NCBI RefSeq assembly: GCF_009914755.1
Contig: NC_060925.1
Reading direction: 5' to 3' (one strand)
DNA length: 64,000 bases
DNA from: the human T2T-CHM13v2.0 reference genome, Homo sapiens
In this document: piece after piece, positions 26,681 to 39,201 of the stretch
Layout of the letters: every line of letters begins with the position of its first letter
Numbering within the stretch: position 1 is the first letter of the stretch
Program-made: the position numbers and the translations under genes
Notes under the pieces: generated by a model
Told to the model about the DNA's origin: nothing
The model's database searches: none
The model's input: the letters and a program-made list of their open reading frames with translations, nothing else

Positions 26681-27123
26681 GCTTAAAATGTAGGGTCTCT
26701 GTGACTTGGATGGATCCCTTTTTTTTTGTCTCAATAGTCTTTCACTGTATTTAACATTTCCTTAAGTTATGAATGTATACAACAAACCAGGTACCTGTGA
26801 CTTTGTCATCTTTGTAAATCACAGATATTTTCAAGTCATATTTCACTTGTTGCAGACATTCCCAATATTGTTTATGCTCATTACTACTTTTCAGTAACAG
26901 AAGTTGTTAAATCTGCCATTAGATTTCTTTAAAGCATTAACACAAAAAGCACACACATGATGCTATAACATATTTGTTTTTTTAAATTTTAAACTATATT
27001 TTAATATAATTGGTTTCCTATGTATTTCATTTTGTGCATTTCATTTAAAAACATTCCTCCTAAGCTTTATAGGTTTCACCAGACTACCAAGGGCTCATGA
27101 GCATAAGAGGTTAAGAACTCCCT
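26681..27123. mobile_element. hAT-Charlie-type DNA transposon fragment
   Basis: Ends ...ggtttcaccagactaccaagggctcatg...ggttaagaactccctg, a typical Charlie/MER terminus. Confidence 0.6.
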
Positions 27124-27151
27124 GACCTAAAGCATATTAGCTAGCTCATAG

Positions 27152-27329
27152 CAGGATTGGTTACATAATTTTCAAGATCCAAGCAAAATGGAAAGGTGAG
27201 GCCTCTTGTTAAAAGAACTGTAAGAATTGCAAGATGGCAACAGCAGAGCATTAAACCAAGCACAGGGCCGTGCTGAACCTGGGGTCCTGTGTGATGGCAC
27301 AGGTTGCATAGCTATGAAGCTGGCCCTGG
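27152..27329. mobile_element. MER91-like hAT MITE
   Basis: caggattggtt...gcagagcattaaaccaagcacagggcc...gcacaggttgcat...gctggccctg. Confidence 0.6.
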
Positions 27330-28612
27330 CTCACAGAATTTCCAGAAAGGTCCAGGGGCCAGGCTCAGGGGCTACGAAGCCAGGAACAATATGCAAATTG
27401 TGCTGGAGAACTGGCCTGGTGAAAATCCAGTGCTGCTCCTGCTGGGTGCAGATACTGAAGCTTGTCCTCATGCCACACTGACAGTAGATGCTGGAAACCA
27501 CCCTTGAATCTGCTGCCACTGATGCATCAGCAAGCTGGATGGAGTTGCTCCCATTGCGAGTGACTTCTGCTTTGATGTATCACTAGTTTCCAATTTAAAG
27601 TCTTGATTATGTGCATTTGATTGGTGGTGCCTAGCTCATGGTCAGCCCTCCAGCTGCAAGAGAAGGTGGTGAAACAAATATCTGTGATTGCTAGCCTCCA
27701 TAGAGGGAGATCAGCTCTGTCTAACAGGGAGAGGGACTCCCCAGACATAGGAAGGGGGTTCAGATGCCAAGTGGCCAAAAGCATGACAAACGTTCTCGAC
27801 AGAACCCACGGACCAAATGGATATCTTGAGCATTTTTGAAAATGCCTGTGGGCTAGTATAGAATATGTGGCCACCATTAGGTAGATGAGACTGTCTGGGA
27901 GACCATACTTTACATGCTGAAATATTTTTAATTTTGGGGACATTTGGATTGTTTCTAGTAACAATAAGGAAGAATATTTGGAATAGAGATTATTCAAGAA
28001 AATTCACACCGTATGGAGGTAGGACAAAGAAACTTGGCACTTTCACTAAACATTCTCTATCCACAAGACCAGACAAAGCCAAGAAGAGCAGATGAGCTCT
28101 ACACTGTCACAGAATGACAAGGCCTAATTAATCTAAGAGTTTCCTTGAAGCAAAGGACAGTGAGTCAATGTGGAGGCACTTAACGTTGTGCCGAGCCAAG
28201 GGGAGCAAGTGTTGTTCTGGAAATGAGCCACTGTGTAGTATTGTAGAGAAAGTAACACTCAGTGAGCAGGGGCTGGGCCCTAGCCTCAGCTCATGGCTCA
28301 TTGCTTTCCTTCTCACTTTCAACTGAAAAGTAAATGAGCAAGCATGTGGTAGGTTTTTCTGTCTCCCTTTCTCAACAGAATGGTGGGTGGGCTGTTCTTT
28401 AAAAAGTGGTGCAAGGACAGGGCTGCTGCCAGTAGGCTTGGCAGGAGCCAGCAGAGTGCAAGCTGCTCCCTAGAAGTGGAGTTGAGAGGCCACTACTCAC
28501 TGTCAAGGGGCTAAGCCATCCAGCAGCTCCTCAGGAGGTCAGGAACACAGGGGACACTGCCTGATGAGACAGAGGAGCAGTTGCTGCGCCCAGAGGGCCT
28601 ACCTATGAGAGC

Positions 28613-29520
<908 letters not shown>

Positions 29521-29914
29521 GAACTCCTTTGAGAGGCTGGCAGGAGGACCTGTGGGGTTGGCCTGAGAAGGAGCAAAGGGAAAGGCCTCTTACCTAGCTC
29601 CAGATGTGTGGAGTGCTCTGTGTTCACTCTCTCCTTGATTCTCTACAGTAGCGCTGGTGAGAGGTATTACTATCCCCATTTTACAGACTGGGGAGCCCAA
29701 TTCTCAATTCTGTTTACATTCTCAACATAGTATCTGGATGGGAAAAGAAGTTGGCCACCATCTTTTTTTTAACATCTGGTAAAAAGCTGGAACTAGTTGT
29801 CCTTTTAATACACTTTTCTCTATGGAGAAAGAATTATAATTCCCATCCCTCCCACTCATCAAATAAAAGTTCTTCAGCAAAGAAACCTCAACTTACTATT
29901 TTTGTGTGATTTTA

Positions 29915-30185
29915 AAAATAAACAATTAAACTTTGGAATAATTGTAGATTTATAGAAAAGTTGCAAAGATGGGTGCAGAGATCCTGTCTACCTTTCATTC
30001 AGCTTCCCCTAATATTACCATCCAATGTAGCCAATGGTGCATTTGTCAAAACTAAGAAATTAGCATGGGATAACACTTAACTAAACTATGATCTAAACGT
30101 GGTTGTTTTTTAGATTTAATCAATTTATCCATTTATATCCTTTTTCAATGTTTTAGGATCCAATTTAGGATACCACATTGCTTTT
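29915..30185 (-). mobile_element. L1M (MC/MB-type) 3' fragment
   Basis: ttggaataattgtagatttatagaaaagttgcaaag...tttgtcaaaactaagaaatt...ggataccacattgc. Confidence 0.7.
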
Positions 30186-32164
30186 GGGACAGTTTGCATT
30201 TTAAGAGAACATTCAGATTGCCACTGGAGGGTTTGACTCAGGATGAAAAACGGGTTTTATTTATAATATTCTCTTGTTTTCTTTACCAAAGAGCTTTGAA
30301 TATTAAGTGCTTTTTAAAGTTTTGTGACCCCAACGGGCTCTTAGCTGCTTCATTGACATGTTAACACCAGACAAGATTGAAGTGATTTGAAGACTTTGGA
30401 ATCAAGATGCTGCAAAGGTGCAAAATATTGTGGTCTTTGGAAATTTGGTATATCCAGGTCTATTTCTTCTCCTCAAGTTCCAAGTCTTAAACAACAGGAT
30501 ACTTTTCACACAGACTTCCTCCTTACATCTTCCTGTGGAGTCATATAAGTTTAGGCTTGGACTCTTGCTTTGTGCTGAGGCCAAAAAAGAATTAAAGCAG
30601 GTGAGGTGTTGGGTGATCTCATTTGTGCAATTGGTTTCTCTGAGTTACCCAATCCATTGTTCATAGCCCTGGCTTTGCACTGGCAATATTCCAGGTCATG
30701 AAATGTCTTATTATATTTGTCTGGGCTTCTGCTTATTCAGTAGGCATTCTTGCTAACATAGTTTATATTCTCTTGAGAGGGATTTAAAAATGAAATTATT
30801 GTTAGATATTCTTGAGTCTATGGCAGGTCCCTCTTTATATTCTACTGACCTGGACTCTTGGTGCTTTTGGAAATCTGAAAAATTTCAGGAGCTAGGTGGC
30901 TGGAGGTCCCCAGTTATGAGGAACTGAGATCCCACAGAATAACTCTAATAAGAGTTATTTATGAGACTTCAAGAAATAGATATAGCATAATTCGTAAGTG
31001 CTTGCTTGACTGATAATTTAACTCTCCACTCCCAACCATTATCAAAAGGTGTGAGCATATTATAGAACCGTACATAACAATGCCAAAATGTGGACATATT
31101 ATAGAACCATACGTATAAATCTATCCATCTGCCTTGTAGTCCACCTAACTCTTAGGGCTTACTTTTAGAATAGTGATACTTGCTAATGTTTGTTGAGATT
31201 TTACTATGTGTTAGGTGGTCTACTATATTATTTACATGTTTTTATTTTGCACACTTTTTCATAACTCTGTGTGGTAGGTACCATTATTATGTTCATGCTT
31301 TGGATGAGGAAAATTAAATTAAAAACTTAATTTCATCCAAGGTCAGATAAATAGGAAATAGGGAAGCCAGGACTTGAACATAGAGCCCTCTAACAACTCC
31401 AAACCCAGTATTCTCTTAACCACCTTGTCACTGAACCAGGATATATGGATAGTTGGTAAATATACATACACTTTTCCAAGCAATGACTCCCTATACCCCT
31501 TTTATGCAAAGATTACTTAAGTTCCAGAAATCAATAATCTACGTCATTAAAAAAACTTTTTCTACATGCAGAACCCTGTGCTTGGTACTCAAGAGTATAG
31601 AGAAATCAAGAAAATTAACAAAATACTGAAAGAGAAAGATCCTGGGAGAGCTAATTTCTCATTCCAGCTCATTCACTGATTGGTTTGGCCACATGGTGCA
31701 ACCTCTTTAAGCATTAGATGATTTATCTGTAAAATGAGCTGGTGGGATTAGATGAACAAAAAGGTCCCTGCCAGTTCTTTGATTCTGTGCCCCCAGCTTT
31801 GTGTCAAACATGGCACAGGAAAAATGCCAGATCAGATGTCATTCCCGCCCTCAAGGATCATAATCCAAAACCTTCAAACACATGAAGCAATTAGAGAACA
31901 GTAGAGTCGTAAATTGTCCACCATGTGCTATAAGCAATCACTGGATAAGTACTCACTTGAGCCTCTTACGTGCTCAGCAGTTTTAGGGATAAAAGACATG
32001 TGTCATAATTTCTGCCATTAATCAGTGTACAAATTAGTTGGGAAAACAAGACCTAAGAATTTGGAACAATAGCTAACACAAGACATTAGATAATTAAATG
32101 CTAAACTGTGTCATGTAATTATTGTGTGGTGATCGTAGAATGGTAACAACTGACATTTACTACC

Positions 32165-32377
32165 TTACTTGCTTAGGCAAGTGTGCAAAATTTAAGGAGT
32201 GTAAAAAACCCCCTCAGTAATCAAGGTAAGTAACATTTTAATGCAATATTTTAAAAAATAAAAATTAATGCAAAAATTTCATGCTGAACTAAATATCAAA
32301 ATCTTAAAGAAAGATTTGATCATTATTATGGATTTTTCCTTTTGTCTCAGGGTCCAGTAAGGCTCAGCATAGCACTG
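32165..32377. mobile_element. hAT MITE (MER96B-like) within a MIR
   Basis: gcaaaatttaaggag...ctcagtaatcaag...aaaattaatgcaaaaa...tttttccttttgtctcagg...cagcatagcactg. Confidence 0.55.
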
Positions 32378-35269
32378 TGTGCTGGAGACTATACCTTGCT
32401 GGTTTATGTTCATTGTCTTATTTAATCCTCACAATGATTCTTGTGATTAGATTCTACTGTTAGTGGATGAGGAAACTGAGGCTTGGAAAGCTCAAATCTT
32501 AGAGGTTGTAAGTGGCAGGACTTGCATTCAGGTCTCTGGCTTTATAATTCATGCTTTTAAACACTGCTGTATATGTTCTTACAAACTTGCAGAGTTCACT
32601 GCCCTGGAAGGCCATGCCCCGGTGCTGCTGAGCTGGGAAGTTCTCTGCCCAGGGCAACCCTGTGGTCCTCCTGGAGGGGCACTCAGTGCAGCTGTGCTCC
32701 TTGCACCTGTTGCCTGCTGGCTGGAACACTTAAAGGGCTCTTTTCCCCATCCAGATCCTGAAACCACTGTTGAGGGATCCCCAGCCAACACCACAACACC
32801 AGGGTGCTCTTCACATTCCAGGGTGTGTTTCACATTCATTTCATTCATCCAGAAGTAGGGAATCCAAGGTGAGAGTCACTGAAATTGTACTTTCTGCCTG
32901 ACCCCATGAAAAAAAGAGGCTCTGTGAACGTTTACCAATATCTCCCAGCAAAGGAAACCATGCTGAATGCAGAACCTATCTTAGAAGTTTTTATCATCTA
33001 AGGCCCCATCTGCAACACTGAGCTGCATTTCCGGGCAGGAAATGAAACCACAGAGTACAAGTGAGGTATTGATTTTCAAGTTACCACTTTGGGGCAGCAG
33101 TCAGTATTTTGGCAGCTGTACATCCAGCACACATTTGCCCAAGGTCGGGGGCAAAGGCACGGACCATCTAGGCTCATGGGGCACTTCAGCTGAACTATAC
33201 AGTTTGGGCCAAAAATCCACTCACATAGAGTTGGGTTTCTGTTGCCCAAGACAATTGATTCTTAATACAGACGGAGGCTTGAGATAACTAGATATAAAGG
33301 AAAAGAGGAAAGAATGGCAAACTGTCAAAAAGGGAGCTGACTTTCAAGGTTATCTGGTTCATTTCTTCCTTTTGCAGAAGAGGGATTAGAAGCCCAGATA
33401 AATTATGTGACCTTGGGAAAGGTCACACAGCCACTTTGTGGTAGGTGTGGGACATAAAATTGAGTAGATGATATTTTGAAGTGGTAATTTAAACACAACC
33501 ACAGGGCCTAGGTTGACACCTAAAAAGCACTATTTTTAAGAGCACAATGAATAGTTTCACTCTTCTTTGATCTTGCTTATCCCCTTCTCTCAGGTTCAGT
33601 GGGGAAACAACTGAGATCATCTAGTGATGTCTTCCACAGTGGAGGCCCATGTGTAACACATTGGCTGTTCCTGCAGCATAAGTCAGATAATCCATAGTAG
33701 CACAAAACCCTAGGGTGTTTTGGCTCTCCCCACAAATTGTCATATACTGTATTTATTTTTAATCTTAGAGGAAATTTTTCCATTTTTGTTTTGTGGAATA
33801 AACAACCTATGTCTTAGGTTTCACTTTGTACATAGCTGATTTATGTACTACTCATAGCTCTATCATATTACTAACAATTCCAAAATCTGTATTCTTTTAG
33901 GATGTTGGGTTGCTTTCTTGGGCCATGGAGATGCACAAACTGGGAAGTTGTATCCCTTTATCTTTCAGCTCCCTTCCTTCCCATCCCTTCCCATGGTCAT
34001 CATAATTGTGGGTGATCTGTCCCATAAGAATTTAAGAACCTATGAAAAGCAAGGTATCGATGACTGAGGGCCATTTAATGATCTATAAGTGGTTACATTT
34101 CAGGTGTTAAAATTGACATTATAAGGTGAATCTGATGAGTGATTAGGTGAATCACAGAATAGGGAGGGAAAGGGTATGTTGCATGCATCAACAAAATGGG
34201 AATAATTATTTGCTGTTGAGTGCACAAGTATATTGAGATATGTTTATACTATACATGTTAGACACTATATACACATACATAATGTATGCCTTATAAATGT
34301 CCCAATTTTTATGGAGCTATCCACAGTTCCCCGATTTTACCCCATAATTTCAGCCTTTTCCAAGAGATTCTCCCTGCATGAACTGCCCTTTCCTTCTATT
34401 GGCATGGCAAGCTTCTTATCTTTTAAGAAGGTCCAGCTCAATTGTTACTATGTTTGAGAAATATTTCTTAATCCTTCAGGTAAAACAGGCCACTCTTTTC
34501 TTTGTGCCACCATGTGTCGTCATACATGCCTTCAGAACAGCTAATCACACTCTGTTGTCAATTATTTGTTTGTAGGACTATCTCTCTGAGGACAGGGATC
34601 ATGATCTGTCCATCATGGTGTTCCAGAGCCTAGCATGGTACCTGGAATCTTAACAACTATTTGTTAGGTAAACCCTGTCTTCAGGGCAATGATGTTCTAG
34701 GAAATGTTCTAGCAGACTCTTTAGTCATGGGTGCATAGGATGGTGCTTCCAGGATCGTTTGGAAAGAGGTGGTCACATGTCATGAATACACATGTCCCTC
34801 TATATTTGGAACACTTTTGCTTCCAATGCAGCAGTTTTTTTCCAATAAGGTGCCAGTATTTTCGGTACTGTGCCTATAGGTGTTTATATAAACTTGTGGC
34901 TATAAAAGAAAACCTGATTTTTAAAAAAATGATTTTCCATTTCCTTTACTTTTGCTTTAAAAAAATCAAATACTTGTTGAAGTATAATCATTATCCTGTG
35001 CAGATTCCAAATTTCTTTATGTTGTTATCTCTTTCTATCTATGTGATTTTATGCTCCGACTACACATTTGTCAGTCAACAAGTATTTACTGAGAGCCCTA
35101 TGGGGTATCTAAGATAACATTTTTAAAGCATATTATACTTTTCTTAAGTATTTTCCTGGTGTTATAACTTTGGTTTCTAATATGGTTTAAATGAGAAAAA
35201 TATTTCATGTGAAGGTGTTTTGGAATTCATAATCCAGAGATTGGTGCCTTTGACAGGGAAAGGGACAGT

Positions 35270-35490
35270 TATAATTTATTGGCCTACTATGTGCCAGGCA
35301 TTATGCTTCACAATTTACATACATTATCTTATTTAATTCTCACACCCATCCCACAGGTTGATGCTCTAATATTACATTTTACAGCTAAGAAAACAGATTC
35401 AGAGATGGCAGATTCCTATAACTAACTAGAAAGGATCACCCGGGGCTTGAATTCAGGCCCATCTGAAGCAAAGCTCACACTCTTTCCCAT
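35270..35490 (-). mobile_element. MIR
   Basis: cctactatgtgccaggcattatgc...atttaattctcac...attttacagctaagaaaacag. Confidence 0.75.
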
Positions 35491-36528
35491 GTATTATTTT
35501 CTTATTACATTAAACTAGCCAAATTTTATTAAAGGCAAATGTTTGGAATGATTACAGCTGAAAGTAGATTGTAAATTTGTCAAGACTGAGACTGTGAATA
35601 AAACTAAAATGTGTCATTTGGTGATTTTAACATATGTTTGTGTCTCTTTTTTTCCTGGTATGTGAAAAATAGGACTCATACTGGGATTTCTCTCTAAGCA
35701 GCTAGAAATGATGTGAAGATTTCACACCCTCCCTCCTTCCATCAGTCCCAAAGAATAATCTGCAGGAACTAACCCCAAACTCAAAAGCTGTGCAATGATT
35801 CCAACTGTACATTCATTCTTTTTTGTTTGTGCTCTTGCTTAGACAGGGCTCTTCCTTGTGGGTTATGTGGTTTTTATTTGTCTTACTGTGTCTCTCTTTG
35901 TATGTGTGTGCATATATAAAAGTTCCTGGAATAAAGCAAAAAAATTATCAATACTGTATAATATATAAGGTATTGCATGGTCATTCATTCATTTGTTAAT
36001 TCATTTGTCAATCAATTTTGAGCCCTTTGATGTGTCTAGAAAGTGCCTGAAAAATGCACACTACTCACCTTTGAGGAACTCTTAGGCAAGTATGCACAGA
36101 GCTGACTGCAAGATGTTATATTAATTCCATATTAGTTCTGTGAACAAAGTCTAAGGGACTTCAGGAGAGTAAGAAGTTATATAGGAGGAAGGATGAGAAA
36201 AGGGGAGACCAAGGAAATCAACAGACTGGAAGAATCATTTAAGCTGGATATTCAGCCATTCCACAAATATTTATTAACTACCTAATACGTGCCAGGCAAT
36301 ATTTAAAGTACTGGCAATGCAAAGATGGATAATACACAGATGAATAATAACCCCTAAGTCATTTGCAGATTTGAAGAGGAAGAAAGACACAGAAGCAACT
36401 GTTAGGTACCAAGATCAATGTACAGGTTACAGGACAGAGTTTACATTATATTTTAGGTATATTATTGAAAAGTTTTCTTCTAAAGCATTTACAATTCTAT
36501 ATTAAAATTTGAAAATACATACAAATTA

Positions 36529-38108
36529 TGTTGATGGTCATTTAGGTTGCTTCTGAATCTTAGGTATTGTGAACAATGCTACAACAAACATGAGTGGAGA
36601 TATCTCTTGTATATACTGATTTCCTTTCTTTTGAGTATATACCCAGTAGTGAGATTGCTGGATCAAATGGTAGCTCAATTTTTAGTTTATTGAGGAACCT
36701 CCAAACCTTTATCCATAGTGGTTGTACTAACTTACATTCCCACCAACCACGTACAAGAGTTCCCTTTTCTCCACATCCTCACTGGCATTTGTTGTTGCCT
36801 GTCTTTTGGATATAAGTCATTTTAACTGGGGTGAGATGATATCTCATTGTAGTTTTTAATTTCCAGTTCTCTGATGATCAATGATGTTGAGCACCTTTTT
36901 ATATGCCTGTCTGCCATCTGTATGTCTTCTTTTGATATATGTCTATTCAAATCTTTTCCCCATTTGTAAATCTAATTATTAGATTTTTTTTCCTACAGGG
37001 TCGTTTGAGCTCCTTATGTATTCTGGTTATTAGTCCCTTGTCAGATGTGTAGTTTACAAATATTTTCTCCAATTCTGTGGGTTGTCTCTTTACTTTGTTG
37101 ATTGTATCCTTTTCTGAGCAGAAGCTTTTTAACTTGGTGCAATCCCATTTGTTTATTTTTGCTTTAGTTGCCTATGTTTATGGAGTATTGCTCAAGAGAT
37201 TTTTGCCCAGATCAACATCCTGGAGATTTTCCTCAATGTTTTCTTGTAGTAGTTTCATAGTTTGAGGTCATCAACTTAAGTCTTTAATCCATTTTGATTT
37301 GATTTTTGTATATGGTGAGAGATAGGGGTCTAGTTTCAACTTCTGCATATGGATATCCAGTTTTCCCAGCACCATTTATTGAAGAGACTGTCTTTTCCCC
37401 AGCGTATATTCTTGGCTCCTTTGTTGAAAATTAGTTCATTGTGGGTGTGTGGATTTGTTTCTGGGTTCTCTATTCTGTTCCATTGGTCTATGTGTTGATT
37501 TTTATGCCAGTGCCATACTGTTTTGGTTACTATAGTTCTGTACCATAATTTTAAGTCAGGTAATGCGGTTTCTACAAGTTTTTTTTTTTTTCTTGGTATA
37601 ATTTTGGCTATTCTGGGTCTTTTCTGGTTCCATATAAATTTTCAGATTGTTTTTTCTATTTCTGTGTAGACTGTCATTGGTATTTTGATAGGGATTGCAT
37701 TGAATCTGTAGATTGCTTTGGGTAGTATGAACATTTTAACAATATCAATTCTTCCAATTCATGAACATGGAATATCTTTCTCTTTTTGGTGTCTTGTTCA
37801 ATTTCTTTCATCAGTGTTTTATAGTTTTCGTTATAGAGATCTTTCGCTTGTTTGGTTAATCCCTAGGTATTTAATTTTATGTGTGGATATTATAAATGGG
37901 ATTACTTTTTAAATTTATTTTTCACATTGTTCACTGTTGGCATATAGAAATGCTACTGATTTGTATATGTTGATTTTGTATCCTGGTTTTGTAAACTGAA
38001 TTTGTTTATCAGTTATAATAGTTTTCTTGTGGAGTCTAGGTTTTTCCAAATATAAGATCTTATCGTCTGCAAACAAGGATAATTTAATTTCTTCCTTTTC
38101 AATTTGGG
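36529..38108 (-). mobile_element. L1MA-type ORF2 3' fragment (lacks the distal 3' UTR and polyA)
   Basis: Antisense L1 ORF2; translated segment [22 protein letters not shown] (RT FADD motif). Confidence 0.9.
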
Positions 38109-39201
38109 TAGCTGCTCTAAAATCTTTGTAGGACCATTCTAATATCTCTTTCATCTCAGCATTGGCATTTATTGATTGTCTTTCTTCAGTCAGTATGAGA
38201 TATTCCTGGCTCTTGGTATGAGGAATGATTTTCAATAGAAACCTGAATATTTTCATATCATGGTCTGAGACTTTATTTCATTTAAACTTTCTGGTTTTGT
38301 TGGCCTTTTTGGTACTACTGTGGCAGGGGACAGGGGTGGGGGTCACCACCTTATTATTGCAAAGTGAAGGTAAAAACCATGTTCTTTACTTTGTCCTCTG
38401 TTGACAACTGACACCTGAGGGGGCTGCTTCTCATTACTGTGAGGTGAGAATTGGAGTTCTGTCTCCGCATGTCATCTCCATTGACTCTGCAGTAAAGGTG
38501 CTTTTTTTACTGCTGGGTAGTCATGAAAGTTTGGACTCTTTATGTGGTCTCCACCAGCACCACCCCAGAGGAGAGGAAAAGAGCTTCCTGGTAACTGCTG
38601 GATGAGGGGGTAGAAGTTCAGGCTTCCAATGTTGTCACCACAGACACCATGGTGAGAGATGGGTTGGGAAGCTTGTTACTGGCCAGTAGAGATGGAAGTC
38701 TCAGCTCCCTAAGTGACGTTCTCCGACATCACTCCAGCAGATGTGTTAGACACCTCATTACAGTCTCTCAAAGGTAGAGAAATGGCTCCTACTTGGACTT
38801 TGCTGTCATGGGTAGGAGTGGGCCACAGGCTTTTGTTTGTTTATTTGTTTGTTTTCTGTGGTGTTTGGTGAGAGAGGAATGGTTATTGTGTAGAATTTTC
38901 CTGTCATGCTACGCTGCTCCTTTTGTGGGATTTTTTTTGGTCTGTGCCTTTTGATGTTTCTGGATTGTTGCTTTGTTTAGCTCCAAATCTGAGATATATG
39001 AGGCAAAAAGAAAATCCAGAGAACTCACTGCTCTGTTATTCCTTGGGCTTTGGAGTCTTTAGCCAGTCTGCTTTCCTCACTGTACTTTTCAGTATCTTCT
39101 TATCTTCATTTTATACATAATATCCAAGGTTTTTAGTTGTACTTAATGGGAGAAATAGATATGTCTATGTATGTCTATTCCATCTTCCTGGAAGTAGAAG
39201 T
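38109..39201 (-). mobile_element. Older L1M (MC/MD-like) 5' UTR and ORF1 start
   Basis: catctcagcattggcatttattgattgtc...gaggcaaaaagaaaatccagagaactcac...ccatcttcctggaagtagaagt. Confidence 0.6.

Larger units (their letters stand above)
26582..27801. mobile_element. MLT1 (MaLR, K/L-like) LTR interrupted by two hAT elements
   Basis: tgtatccgacagggttcttgattgtaag... resumes after 27330 with gcatttgattggtgg...ctccccagacataggaagggggttcagatg...gaca. Confidence 0.65.

Noticed and set aside
30938-30959. 9-bp-stem hairpin (a similar one lies at about 12254-12278)
   Set aside because: Stems this short and AT-rich are expected by chance in 64 kb.
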